A DNA stretch of 64,000 nt, from contig CP147779.1 of NCBI GenBank assembly GCA_037308085.1, positions 1,504,001 to 1,568,000 on the forward strand, read 5' to 3'. Made by a program: the position numbers and the translations under genes. How positions within the stretch are numbered: position 1 is the stretch's first letter; each line of letters begins with the position of its first letter. Below, piece by piece: positions 30,247-40,951 of this stretch. The notes under the pieces are model-generated. The model was not told the origin of the DNA. It saw only the letters and a program-made list of their open reading frames with translations, and searched no databases. The stretch is from Promethearchaeati archaeon SRVP18_Atabeyarchaeia-1. GTDB taxonomy: Archaea; Asgardarchaeota; Atabeyarchaeia; Atabeyarchaeales; Atabeyarchaeaceae.

Positions 30247-31635
30247 TTGTGGGAAAAACCTGTGTACAGATTCAGAGTTCCTACTAAGGAAGAGTCTGAT
30301 GAGCTACAAGAGATTGTGCTCGATGTAACTGGTTCTGCGCCACCATTCACCGATGTGAAAGATACAATGAAAGGCGTTTTCGAGAAGCTATTGTCGGAAG
30401 AGGGTAGGCGTGCTACTAGTGTTTTGGATTTCGGGGCAGCCAAATTGAGAAATACTCTCTACTTTCTGAATAAGGGCAAGAAGGTCTGCGCAGTAGAATT
30501 CGAAGAACTTCCCAAAAGATCAGAGGATGCCAGGATGATTCTTGAAGAATGCCAGAAGAATGTGAATTTTGAAAGTCTGGTGTTTCCACACCCGTTCATA
30601 GAACATGATGGAAGATATGATTTGGTTTTGTTAATCAATGTAATTCCTGTCATGCCAGTTTTTGCGGAAAGGCTCCTCGTTCTTCAGATTCTGTATGAGA
30701 AGGTGAATGACGGAAAATACGTTTTGTGGTATGCACAAAAGGAGGGCTCTTCATACAAGAGAATTCGAGAAGCTGGAGAAAATGATCTGGGCGATGGAAT
30801 ATGGATGGGTACCACCAGAAGATTCAAGACATTCTACAAGTATCACGCAGTTGAAGATGTTGATGAAATGATGTCTTTAGCTGGTTTTGAATTCATTAAG
30901 AAATTCGCAGGGAAGGGGAATGACGTAAGGCTGTATCAGAAGACTGAGCACAACATTTTCAAAGGCGTAATTGAACAGGAAAACGTCGCTGAAACTATAC
31001 CCACAGATTTAACGATTAAAGATCCGGAGGATGCAGAACTAAAGGTGATAAAAGGTGGTCGCGGAGTCATGGAAATCATCCCAAACCCTTCTTCTTTGTC
31101 CTTAGAGAACCTATACAAAAAAGCACTCGTACAAGTGGCGCCTGGGCCTGAAAATGCGGAAAGATACCACAGACTGGTCTCCCGAATAGTCTACCGCGTT
31201 TTCAGAGGATCCCTAAGAAATATGAAAATCAAACAGGAAATGAATGAGGGCCTAAAGGTAATCGATACTGTCTATTTGAACAACGCGGAGACAGGGTTCT
31301 TTGCCAAGTTGGCAAGGAATTTTCAAATCAAATGTCCCTACATAATAGCTGAGGCAAAGAACTATAGCGTCGATCCGAAAAACCCAGAATTTGACCAATT
31401 AGCAGGTAGATTGAATAATGATGTCGGTAAATTTGGTATTCTAGTCAGTAGAAACATTGAAGACGTTGAAGCTGCTGAACGAAGATGCCAAAGCTACTTG
31501 AGTGATGGCAAATACGTGATTTTCTTCGTCGACGCAGATTTAACGAACTTGCTGGAACTGTACCAAGATGGAGATACTGAGGGAATAGGCGATTTCATGG
31601 ATGGGAAGCTAAGACCTTTGGTTTTCAGGTCATAA
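30247..31635 (+). CDS. class I SAM-methyltransferase-like domain fused to an Mrr-like restriction endonuclease
   Basis: VLDFGAAKLRN and YDLVLLINVI at the N-terminus; KVID..IIAEAKNY..DQL at the C-terminus. Confidence 0.75.
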   Translation: MWEKPVYRFRVPTKEESDELQEIVLDVTGSAPPFTDVKDTMKGVFEKLLSEEGRRATSVLDFGAAKLRNTLYFLNKGKKVCAVEFEELPKRSEDARMILEECQKNVNFESLVFPHPFIEHDGRYDLVLLINVIPVMPVFAERLLVLQILYEKVNDGKYVLWYAQKEGSSYKRIREAGENDLGDGIWMGTTRRFKTFYKYHAVEDVDEMMSLAGFEFIKKFAGKGNDVRLYQKTEHNIFKGVIEQENVAETIPTDLTIKDPEDAELKVIKGGRGVMEIIPNPSSLSLENLYKKALVQVAPGPENAERYHRLVSRIVYRVFRGSLRNMKIKQEMNEGLKVIDTVYLNNAETGFFAKLARNFQIKCPYIIAEAKNYSVDPKNPEFDQLAGRLNNDVGKFGILVSRNIEDVEAAERRCQSYLSDGKYVIFFVDADLTNLLELYQDGDTEGIGDFMDGKLRPLVFRS

Positions 31636-31966
31636 CGCTACTTGTTGAATCAATGAGAATGTGTGCGAGGAGACCCTGCCTCAATTTGTCACCGTAGACG
31701 GATTCCAAGGAGTCTCCCCTTTCTCTGTTTATCTGATTCATGGCTTCTATTCATCTCTGCATAAGATACAAGGCTGGATTCAACGGCTCCTAAGTCTTTT
31801 CTGTCTCATCGAAACTTTCAAAACCGTTGGCATGATCATACTGTATCACAGTCGCGAATGGGGGAGGGTAAACAAAAGTCGAGGGTGTTGGATAGACCCA
31901 AGCTCAGACGTGTATTTTCCATCTATGAAGACATGAGCGGGTGAATATTCCATCCGGGGCGAGACT

Positions 31967-32851
31967 ATGAAGCCGGAGATCATCTTCTTGGGGATCGCGA
32001 AGAAGGATCTTCAGGCGGCCAGATGCCTTCTGAAGGAGAAGTTGTACGCTCAAGCAGTTTTCTACTTACAGCAGAGCGTTGAGAAAGCTGTTAAATCACT
32101 TGGAATATGGGACGGGAAGATCACTGAGGTTGAAGCTAGGAGCGAAATTGGGCACAAAACAATCAGAATCTACTTCAGGATATTTGGCGAAACAAAAGAC
32201 AAACTGATAGCCTTTGAAAAGGCGCTCCTCATGTTCCCTGATCTTAGGAAGCTAGCTTTCTTGGACGTATCCCAAGTGGCCAGATTGAAGCGTGGGATAG
32301 ATGCGTTTCGAAAGGAATTTTCTGACGAGAACGTCGCATTGAGAATCTCTTCCTCGGAGCGCGACCTGCAGGACTTCCTGAGAAAGCTCCGGACGCTGAA
32401 AGAAGAGTTGGGCAACGAGCTAACAAGAATAGATAAGGAGTTTAAGGAGCTGTCAGCGAACGAGAAGAAAAGCGGGGATTTCAAGAGTAAGCTGAGCCAA
32501 GTACTTGAAGTTGGTTCTCAAATCAGGCCAATTATGGCAGAAGGAAGCACGATCGAGGATGTGGTTGACAAGTCAGTCTCGCCTGAGTTCATTATGATTC
32601 TCATTGGTATCTCTAAGTCAATGATCCGACTTAGTTTCTGTTATCAGTCCTTACTCTACTCCTGTCTTATTCTCTATCCGCACGCTGCCAGAACAAGATA
32701 TCCTGGAGACGATTTCAATCCAACGGATTTCTATAATGCAAGAGCACCGCTGATCCAACTCCTAGATAATTTCATAGAGTCCACCGGAGGAGTCTTGCGA
32801 GAACTTGATCTGATCTACTGTGAAGCCCCTAGATTTGGGAAGAAGCGATGA
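31967..32851 (+). CDS. HEPN domain protein with helical insertion
   Basis: AKKDLQAA..YAQAVFYLQQSVEKAVKS, IGH, ARTRYP. Confidence 0.8.
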   Translation: MKPEIIFLGIAKKDLQAARCLLKEKLYAQAVFYLQQSVEKAVKSLGIWDGKITEVEARSEIGHKTIRIYFRIFGETKDKLIAFEKALLMFPDLRKLAFLDVSQVARLKRGIDAFRKEFSDENVALRISSSERDLQDFLRKLRTLKEELGNELTRIDKEFKELSANEKKSGDFKSKLSQVLEVGSQIRPIMAEGSTIEDVVDKSVSPEFIMILIGISKSMIRLSFCYQSLLYSCLILYPHAARTRYPGDDFNPTDFYNARAPLIQLLDNFIESTGGVLRELDLIYCEAPRFGKKR

Positions 32852-33293
32852 TCTCCATATCCTAGAGACGAGCCGCACACATTCTAACGGTTTGGCCTGT
32901 GGATGATCGAAGATCGCGGAGAACAACTCGTTTCTCAGAAGCCTTGCCAGATGCAAAAAGAGAGTGAATGGAGCTTCGATCACTGGGTTCAGCTAAGAGA
33001 ACGATGCACATAAGGTATCTAGGGAAGACGCGCTCCTGCCTTATCCGGAGGAGAATTGGTTTCCTAGCAGTATCAAAGACTTAGTAGTTGAAGGCATGAG
33101 AGACTAGGTAGTGTGAAACCTGTCTCTAGATTAATATCAGCATTCTATTATTCGTCTGCTTGCAGGGTGATTGGCTGGGGCATGGTGAATACCTTGTGCA
33201 GAACCTCAATTGACTTGGTAGCTCAGCGCGCGCTAGATGGGAGTATAGGGACCATCCTTCGATCGCAATCCATAAATGACGAACCAGAGAGTT

Positions 33294-33878
33294 CTATTCC
33301 GTCCCCTCCTCCGTTTCTTGCAGATCCCTCTCAATTTCCGCTCTGATTCGCTTATCGTAGGCTTCTCTACAGTTGTCGTCACAGCATGCAGGAAGAGTAT
33401 AATTCGGTTCCATTTTCTGCACAATGAAGCCTTTTGCGGTAAGTCTTTCCTCCAACAGTCCGAGAAATAGCTCATACTTATCGGGTTTGTATTTCATAAT
33501 GACTTCGTCAATCTCTGAATCCGAAAGGAGCCGCTTCCCGCAATTCGCGCAACACGCGAATTGATTGACGAAATTCCTGTTGATGTAATCCCTGTCCCTC
33601 TCCATCGCTGTTTTAAGGAGATCACTCATTCGGTTTGTTTCATCAGGCCCGTACGCTTCTTTGGCCTCTAACGAGTTGGCGACCACTTGTGAAGCTAGTC
33701 TTCTTAGCGTCTCCGGTACAGAACTTTCCGTGAATCTACTAGGTTCTATAGCCGGGCCTTGTCTATAATGTCGACAATCCCTCTTTCTCGCTATGTTATG
33801 ATGCTTTAGTCCACACGTCTTAGCAAATTTGCAGTCTTCACACCAATTGATGGCAACTGGATACCGCATCCATCTCAC
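33294..33878 (-). CDS. hypothetical Cys-rich (Zn-binding) protein
   Basis: CEDC..C, CANCG, CCDDNC; 3 bp from the upstream ORF. Confidence 0.55.
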   Translation of the reverse strand: MRWMRYPVAINWCEDCKFAKTCGLKHHNIARKRDCRHYRQGPAIEPSRFTESSVPETLRRLASQVVANSLEAKEAYGPDETNRMSDLLKTAMERDRDYINRNFVNQFACCANCGKRLLSDSEIDEVIMKYKPDKYELFLGLLEERLTAKGFIVQKMEPNYTLPACCDDNCREAYDKRIRAEIERDLQETEEGTE

Positions 33879-33881
33879 CCC

Positions 33882-34295
33882 TCAAACATACATAAGCGCT
33901 AAATTCTCCTTGGTTGACCTCTCTGCTCTTTCCTTGTACTCCTTCTGAGCCGTGTTTTCACTTCCCATATCTGGCTTTGCCTTACGCCTAGGTGGTCTGC
34001 GCTTTCTTTCGACTATTGAGACGCATATCCACAATGGCAGACCTAGCCCTATGTCGTGAATCACATTGCTGATATTGTGAGTCCGGGTCGAAATGCCAAT
34101 AATTAGGCGAGACCTAGGCTTCAGAACAATAGTCATGAAACCGTCCTCATCGAAACCGGTAGCTATGACACAACCTTCTTCAATGATGCGATCAAGTGAT
34201 GCTAGATTCCTGGCATGCACTCTGAGCTGAGCCTCTCCCCTACCGTTGATAAAAAATGCTGGTAAGAGATTTTCCCATTGAAGCTTCTCACTCAT
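33882..34295 (-). CDS. hypothetical protein
   Basis: ATG-started ORF with a basic C-terminus; apparently co-transcribed with 33294-33878. Confidence 0.5.
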   Translation of the reverse strand: MSEKLQWENLLPAFFINGRGEAQLRVHARNLASLDRIIEEGCVIATGFDEDGFMTIVLKPRSRLIIGISTRTHNISNVIHDIGLGLPLWICVSIVERKRRPPRRKAKPDMGSENTAQKEYKERAERSTKENLALMYV

Positions 34296-35751
34296 TCAGT
34301 GCTACCTCCATAAGAAACCCATGTGGAACGCCGCCACCGTTCATCAAGCGTTTCACTCAATTTCTCGAACCTCTATTTATCAGCTCGACATGCTTAGGGG
34401 TTTCCGGTCATGCTACGAGTCGACCGTCCGCTCTTCTTCTCAACAACACTGTGACAGAGGTGGCTTATAAGTGTGACGGAAAAGCGCCTCTCTGGTGCCT
34501 CTAATCCAGATTTCAGACATGCTAATATCCTATAAATCAAATATAGATAACTGAATGTCCTAAATTATAAATTAAGGCTCACATTTGGTTTATTTACCAA
34601 TTCCTATATTCACTATTTCATTAATTCTTTTCTTTTCATTTGTTTCATTTATCTCACATTGTGATTTGCAGTATTTTCTGTATTTCTTATGCCCCTCCAC
34701 ATTTTAACGGAGAGAATTGCGCACCTTGTACGACCAAAAGGGAAAACCTTGCTTCCCGAACCATGCTGAAAGTAGGTGGCACAGAAGCAGACGGGTTGTT
34801 CCAGAGTGTATCATTAGTCCAATCCAGCAGGGCATGCGAGCAGACTGTGATGGCAATGTGCCCTCGCGGTGCAGTAGTAAACACCTCGACCGCAGCCTGC
34901 GTATCGCTCTTTGTAGGTCTGGTTCAGATGCTGGGTCCGTTAATAGATGCTGCCGACGAATCACTTGGAACACTCTCTCTCAAGGGGAGAGAGGTAACAG
35001 GGTTGGATCGAAATCGACATGTTGGAGAAAAAGACATCAAATTACAGGGAATCAGCTGAGGATCATAAAAGCCGAGTTATGCACAGCCAACACTACGAAA
35101 GTAGCTAAACGGTGGCGCGCTAAACATATTCTTTCAACTTTGCATCGACCTATCATTACCCTGAACTTCCCTGAACTTGTACCTCATTGAGGTGTCTGCA
35201 CCGGAGGAGTTGTCATAACAACTAATGCATTTAGTCAGTTCAAAACGATTCTCGCCATAGCCTCTTCATCGTTTTCTACATAAATCACCTTGATTCAGAG
35301 ATTGTGATTCCTAACTATTTCAGAATAAACAGCCTCTACGCGCCCTCCAACCTCAATCTGCCGCTTACTACGGTCAACATCTACCAGGCCCTACCTTCTA
35401 TCAGCCTTCTCAATGCAGTCGGTCGCATTCATTTTGAGGGTCTCATCAGCGCAGATGCCGTTGGCGGTTATCTCTGAAAGGTTGAAAGGTTTGATCATCC
35501 ATATGCGATCCTGCCTATCTACTCACATACGTCTCCATCTCAGCATCCATTTAATTTCTATTTAAATTCAATAATCCAATCTATCCGTTTCCGACCAGAG
35601 AACCAAACTCATTTATAAAAGTGCTAATATAAGCTACATAGCTATAGGCATCCGTTTAGGTAGGTACTTGTGCCCTCAACAACCTACCTTCTCACGTCAA
35701 GAACCCTTCTTAATCAGCCAAAACAATTCAAATCAATTCGATTATTATTCC

Positions 35752-35976
35752 TCACTCTGACCCGAATAATCCTGATTTATCGTCATTCGATGCAGGATAA
35801 TAACCTAATTCATGTTCTTCTATTAATTTCAAGACAATATCCTCTGCCTCTGGTCTCTCTAAATTCAATTTGCCACGCAGTAAAGAGACAGCTTCATCTG
35901 TGGATAGACTCTGCCCTTTATACTCCGCTCTCCACTTCGAGACCAGACATCTTGATGCCAGACAATATTCACTCAT
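35752..35976 (-). CDS. small hypothetical protein (possible winged helix)
   Basis: 74 aa, amphipathic helices, GGTGA-like RBS upstream. Confidence 0.4.
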   Translation of the reverse strand: MSEYCLASRCLVSKWRAEYKGQSLSTDEAVSLLRGKLNLERPEAEDIVLKLIEEHELGYYPASNDDKSGLFGSE

Positions 35977-36611
35977 GTGAATTCACCTAACCCCGATTGC
36001 CTAAAGTTCCCTTTGCGAGTGGCTCCGTGGAAAGTATGGAAATTGGTCGAATGGTTGCATCGATCTTCGCAGACGCAGGTGTCCTGACCTAAGACCATAT
36101 TATGATCTTAAGCATGACATCCAGGCGAAAATACTTGCTGGGCTTGCCGAGCTCAGATTTGGAGACTCCAAGTTCATATTTGAGCTCCTAGTCCCAAATC
36201 TCATCCTCGTCCAGCATCCGATATTTGGATGGAAAGAGGCAGGTTCAGTGGCTCATATTTGCACGGCTTTAATAAAACAAGGTGAGCATGAGTTGGCGAG
36301 GAGAGCCTATCTGGGACAAGCAGACAAAGAAACCGTCCATAGGATCCACATTGAATATAACAAGGAACTTTGGCGGCTCTTGAGTGCGCTGATGAGCTAA
36401 AGATTACCTGACGGATCACCGTCTCCCAAAGAGATTCTAAAGAATGTCTCTGTTCCCACTTTCTCGGGGTCTGCAAGCCTATACGAGAGTTATTCAAAGT
36501 CTCCGTTTCAACGGACCTGGTTGTGTCTAATGCGACTCTTTCGACTTGAGACATGTTTGGAAAGATCAGCCGGTATTTGACAGAACTTATCATGGAGTCC
36601 TCTCTGCTCCA

Positions 36612-37696
36612 CTACTTAAGGAGTTTCTTGATGAGATTCGCAATCTTCTTTGCTAGGATCGGAGGAACTGCGTTGGCAGCCTGCTGGTACTGACTATTCA
36701 ATGTCCCCATGAATCTGAATCTATCTGGGAAGCTCTGAAGCCTCGCAGCCTCTCTGACAGAGATTATTCCATGCTGCTGCGGGTGAAGAAGCATAGCCCT
36801 TCGCGCATGAACTACCGTCGGCGAAGGCCGACGCCAGGAGAGCCTGCTGTATATACTGCTGTGAAGAGCATCTCGATTATTGAACCTTTTTTAATAGTAT
36901 CAGGCAAGATATTCCATCCTTCCTAAGGCTCTTTCCCTGACCTATCAACCGGATCGTCTCAACGACTTCATCGCTATGTTCAGTGGACCAGTGGTTGTAG
37001 AGTCTGTTAGCTCTCTTCCAAAGCGTTGCGAGATAAGGAGAACCTCTTATCTTTGGGTGGACCACATTTTCTTTCCCACCTCCGCCCCGCGGGAGTGGCA
37101 GGAGATCCTGAATTGCATCACTCACACAGGTTGCGCCTATTCGCTTCAATAACGAAAAATCAAGTTCAGCGTTATCTAGAAAGCCTGCGACAAATAGCCT
37201 CCTTCTCATCTGTGGAATCCCGAACCACTGAGCTTCCAGGCGAGCAATTGAAAGCCTGTAGCCAAGATCGTTTAGATCCTTGTCGAACGCACCCCACTTG
37301 TCCATGTTTTGAAATCTGACAACGTTTTCGAAAAGAAACCCCTTAGGTCTGATCTCTTTGACCAGCCTTACAAAATGGGAAACCGAGGAAGCAGACGGGT
37401 GATTGCCTCTACAAGGATACATGTTCGCAGGCGAATAGGGCCTGACATGGAGGGACCCCAATCACGAATACTCTTTCGAAACCCATACGAGATGCTATGT
37501 CAAGAAGTTCTCGACCATGAACATCCTCTACATCTCCCAGCACCTGCACTTTACGGAAGTTGCGCTGATATGTCTTAGCTGAGTCAGGATCCTTTTCGAT
37601 AGCAGCGACTATCTTAAAACCGGCTTCCCTGAACCCTAGATTTAGCCCGCCTGCACCTGCGAACGAATCTATGACCCCTATATCCTTTGAAAGCAT
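36612..37696 (-). pseudogene. DNA (cytosine-5) methyltransferase pseudogene, at least two frameshifts
   Basis: DSFAGAGG / PPC.PYS / FLFENV / PQMRRRLF / SVREAARLQSFPD..NAVPP spread over three ORFs; paralog of 48845-49954. Confidence 0.9.
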
Positions 37697-38023
37697 TATC
37701 CTACCTCTAGTACACGACCCCTTCGCTCGAAGCAAGATAATCCTTGATCCAATTCACAACTGTCGTTTCGCAGGCGGGACCGGTCGTCTAAACCAGTTTC
37801 TTTGAGGAATTACGGTCTCTAACGCTTCACAAAATCTCAGAGGCAAGCCACACGCTAGCTTGTATGGTTATGCCCTCATGCATCTCGCTTGATTGCTTCT
37901 GTTCTAGGGATAGTCATAGGCAACGAGGTATAAGATTCTATCTTATGGTGTGGAAAGGGCTGATTGAGTAGAGCTGTAGACACACGTTAATCATGTATGA
38001 ACGGAAGGTCCACGCTTTTCCTA

Positions 38024-40951
38024 TCACTCCTTTGATTGAATCGAACTGAGCAACAAGCTGGCCTTTCTCCTTATCTCCTGGTCGGTGTCAAGAGCCAACC
38101 TGTTCAATATTATTCTCGCAAAATCTCTATCGATCTTCGACAAAGTGTTTGAGATCAGTTCGATCGCCATTAGTCTTGTTGAGGTCTCTGCGTTACCCGA
38201 TAGACTTTCAAGAATGAACTGTAGAGAAGGCTGGAGACTATCAAGCGTATTCTTTACGTTTTCTGGAAGTCTGCCGAAATTCTGTGCGATGGCAAGCGCC
38301 ACCCCCAATACTGTCTTATTTCCCTGGGAGAGCCTGAGAAAGAATTCTCTCTGGGTTTGAGAAAGCTTATCGTAGCATGCTGCTAATACTGATGACGCGA
38401 CCCACCCGCTCTGATCTTTTTCCATTAGTCCCAGTAACAGCTGATCCATGACAGTCTGACTAAAACTGTCAAAATTGATGGTTAAGATCGATGTGACAAA
38501 CGGCTTGGTCTCCCATCTAGTTGCAAGTTTCACTAGCAGTTCTTCCCTGATATCTCTAGGGAGGATATCAAAAGCCATCTCTACGCGTAATGCCAAATGA
38601 ACGACCGTTTCAGTTCTTTCTGCCAACTTCAGTAACAACGATTTCCTATTCTTCGCGGGAAGCACGGGGAACATAAAGGTATCGTACACCAGGCTGGTCA
38701 CTACGTCTTTTGCCGTTTCATCTTTTTCCAGAAGTTTATCTAGTAGTAGGTTCCCATCTGCCTCGGTAAACTTATCAAAATGCGTTATTATCGGAACCGA
38801 TGCCATCTCTCTAATCGATTCATCTTTTTCGAGGAGCTTAAGCAATAGTGCTTTCCTATCATTCTCAGGAAACTTATCAAAGTTATAGTTTATTCCAGAT
38901 ACAAGCTGTATTGCACCTTCACACGTCTCTGAGGACTTGAAAAGCAGGCGTCTAACTTGCGTTGGAAGTCTGTCATAGTATGCCGCTACAGCAGGTACTA
39001 CTCTTCTTGCTGTTTCTTTCGTCTCCGCGATCTTGAATAGCAAGTTTCTAGCTCTTTTCGGAAGTTTATCATAATTAGCTGCGACCGCCAGCGCCACAAA
39101 TCCTGCCTCGTCTCTTCTTGCTGCAAGCTTGAACAACAGAACCTTGACTCTGCTGGGAATTAGGCGGTAGCGGGACGTGAGAAATGGGGCTAACACAAAG
39201 GCTATCCCTTTTCTTTTCGAGAGTCTGAGGAGTGACTCGCTTATAACATTCTCAGGAAGTTGCTTGAGATAGGACATGACGAAGAATATTATATGCACTG
39301 CAGCTTCATCTTTTTCCGAAAGTCTTAGTACTACCTTGCTAACGATCTCTTTGTTTATCCGTGTAAATTGACCTCTGTTTACCAGAAGATGAGTCATTGC
39401 TTCACCATAAGATGGATGAGAGAACATTACCGTTCCATCCTTAATATGGATCTTATCATTCTTGAACCAGTTGAGAACCTCGTCAAAAGTCTGCCAGTTT
39501 CTTATCCTCAGATCATGAACAAGCCTTACATACTCTCTTCTTACAAGCCCTACTGGCAGATGTGAGACAAAGGCGAATGATAGAAACAGGATCTTGTCGT
39601 CGCTCATGTCTCCAATTTCTCTCGCGAAACTCCTTTCGGTTTCTTCGGATTTCCGCATGATCTCTTTCTTCAGTTCTTCTTCTCTTTCCACATTGACTGT
39701 AGAAGTGACGAATTCTCTGATGCTCAATGGCGTAGGCAAGATACGTTCTTTATTCAAGTTTTCCAAGATCAGATCTTTCAGTCTGTCATCTTTGAGCCAT
39801 TTGCAGCCTTTCGCCTCAGCCCACTTGAGAAGAATTTCTCTCCTCTTTTCATAGTTGTAAGAAGGCTTTCTTATGCTCAGCTTCTTCTCGAATTGTTCAA
39901 ATTCCAGTGAAGAAACTTGTTCTCTTCTGAACTGCTTGAACGCCTCTTCTCTTGAGGTTATTATTACATATGCATCTTTGACATTGCGAATCTCCACTGT
40001 TATCGTTCCGATAACCCTTTCCAGATTCTCTCTGCGCTCATATTGGGTTTGCCCAAAAGGGTCCTCAAAATAAATAATGCGATGTGGTCTTAACTCTCTG
40101 GCTATTTCCTCTAATCTTGTCCTAACTTCTTCTCGTTCCCTCTCTTCTCTTCCAGGTATCCATATCGGTTCGTATCCTTTGCTGAAATACTCCCAAAGCA
40201 ACCTTATCGCTGTATATGTTTTTCCGTACTCCTTGGTGCCAGATAGGAAGAGGATTCCGTTTCTCTTGAGAACTTCCTTTATTTCCTCGTATTCCAAGGG
40301 AGGAACATACAAATCGTCAATCCTATCATACCACGCGCTACCAGGAATCCCGATCCTTTGGAGGAACTGAAAAACTCTACCTCTCCGTAGAATCTCACTG
40401 ATCTCAGCAATGAAGAAATCAATGGTCTCGCCCTTCTGACCCTCTCGTTTGATTCTCTGGCATCTTCTCCTATCTAGGGGGTCTAATTCATTATATGCCG
40501 ACTCCGTAAGGACGACGAAAGTTGCCCGTGGTCCTTCATTATCATTGCCATGTGTGCTTCTGTACCATGCGTGATAATAACCGATTACAGCGTTCTTCTT
40601 GTTCTTGAGACCTGCGACTAGTTCATTCGTAAGCGGGAAAAATCTTGATCCCACAAGCTCGGGTAATTCCTCAACTACTATTGCAATCTCAAGCTGCAAG
40701 TTAAGGACTAAGAGTTCACCTATGCCTACGAAGACTTTCCAGAGGTCGCTGAAAACGAGTAGCCATTGGTCAAGTTGAAACGGTTCATATTTCATTAGAG
40801 TACCATTGTCACACAGATTACGTAGCCTGCCTTCAATGAGATGCGTCCAAGCGTCCCTGACATACTCCGCGGGTCTCATAAGTATCTCCGCTTCTTTCTC
40901 AGCACCCTTTTCAAATCCTAGTATGTCAATAATCACAATGAAGTGCTTCAT
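38024..40951 (-). CDS. STAND (nSTAND3-like) ATPase with N-terminal nucleotide-cyclase-like domain and C-terminal ~32-aa helical repeats
   Basis: IIDILGF at the N-terminus; GTKEYGKT; IIYFEDPFG; IITSR; repeats NYDKLP..LLFKxAExxE. Confidence 0.75.
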   Translation of the reverse strand: MKHFIVIIDILGFEKGAEKEAEILMRPAEYVRDAWTHLIEGRLRNLCDNGTLMKYEPFQLDQWLLVFSDLWKVFVGIGELLVLNLQLEIAIVVEELPELVGSRFFPLTNELVAGLKNKKNAVIGYYHAWYRSTHGNDNEGPRATFVVLTESAYNELDPLDRRRCQRIKREGQKGETIDFFIAEISEILRRGRVFQFLQRIGIPGSAWYDRIDDLYVPPLEYEEIKEVLKRNGILFLSGTKEYGKTYTAIRLLWEYFSKGYEPIWIPGREEREREEVRTRLEEIARELRPHRIIYFEDPFGQTQYERRENLERVIGTITVEIRNVKDAYVIITSREEAFKQFRREQVSSLEFEQFEKKLSIRKPSYNYEKRREILLKWAEAKGCKWLKDDRLKDLILENLNKERILPTPLSIREFVTSTVNVEREEELKKEIMRKSEETERSFAREIGDMSDDKILFLSFAFVSHLPVGLVRREYVRLVHDLRIRNWQTFDEVLNWFKNDKIHIKDGTVMFSHPSYGEAMTHLLVNRGQFTRINKEIVSKVVLRLSEKDEAAVHIIFFVMSYLKQLPENVISESLLRLSKRKGIAFVLAPFLTSRYRLIPSRVKVLLFKLAARRDEAGFVALAVAANYDKLPKRARNLLFKIAETKETARRVVPAVAAYYDRLPTQVRRLLFKSSETCEGAIQLVSGINYNFDKFPENDRKALLLKLLEKDESIREMASVPIITHFDKFTEADGNLLLDKLLEKDETAKDVVTSLVYDTFMFPVLPAKNRKSLLLKLAERTETVVHLALRVEMAFDILPRDIREELLVKLATRWETKPFVTSILTINFDSFSQTVMDQLLLGLMEKDQSGWVASSVLAACYDKLSQTQREFFLRLSQGNKTVLGVALAIAQNFGRLPENVKNTLDSLQPSLQFILESLSGNAETSTRLMAIELISNTLSKIDRDFARIILNRLALDTDQEIRRKASLLLSSIQSKE

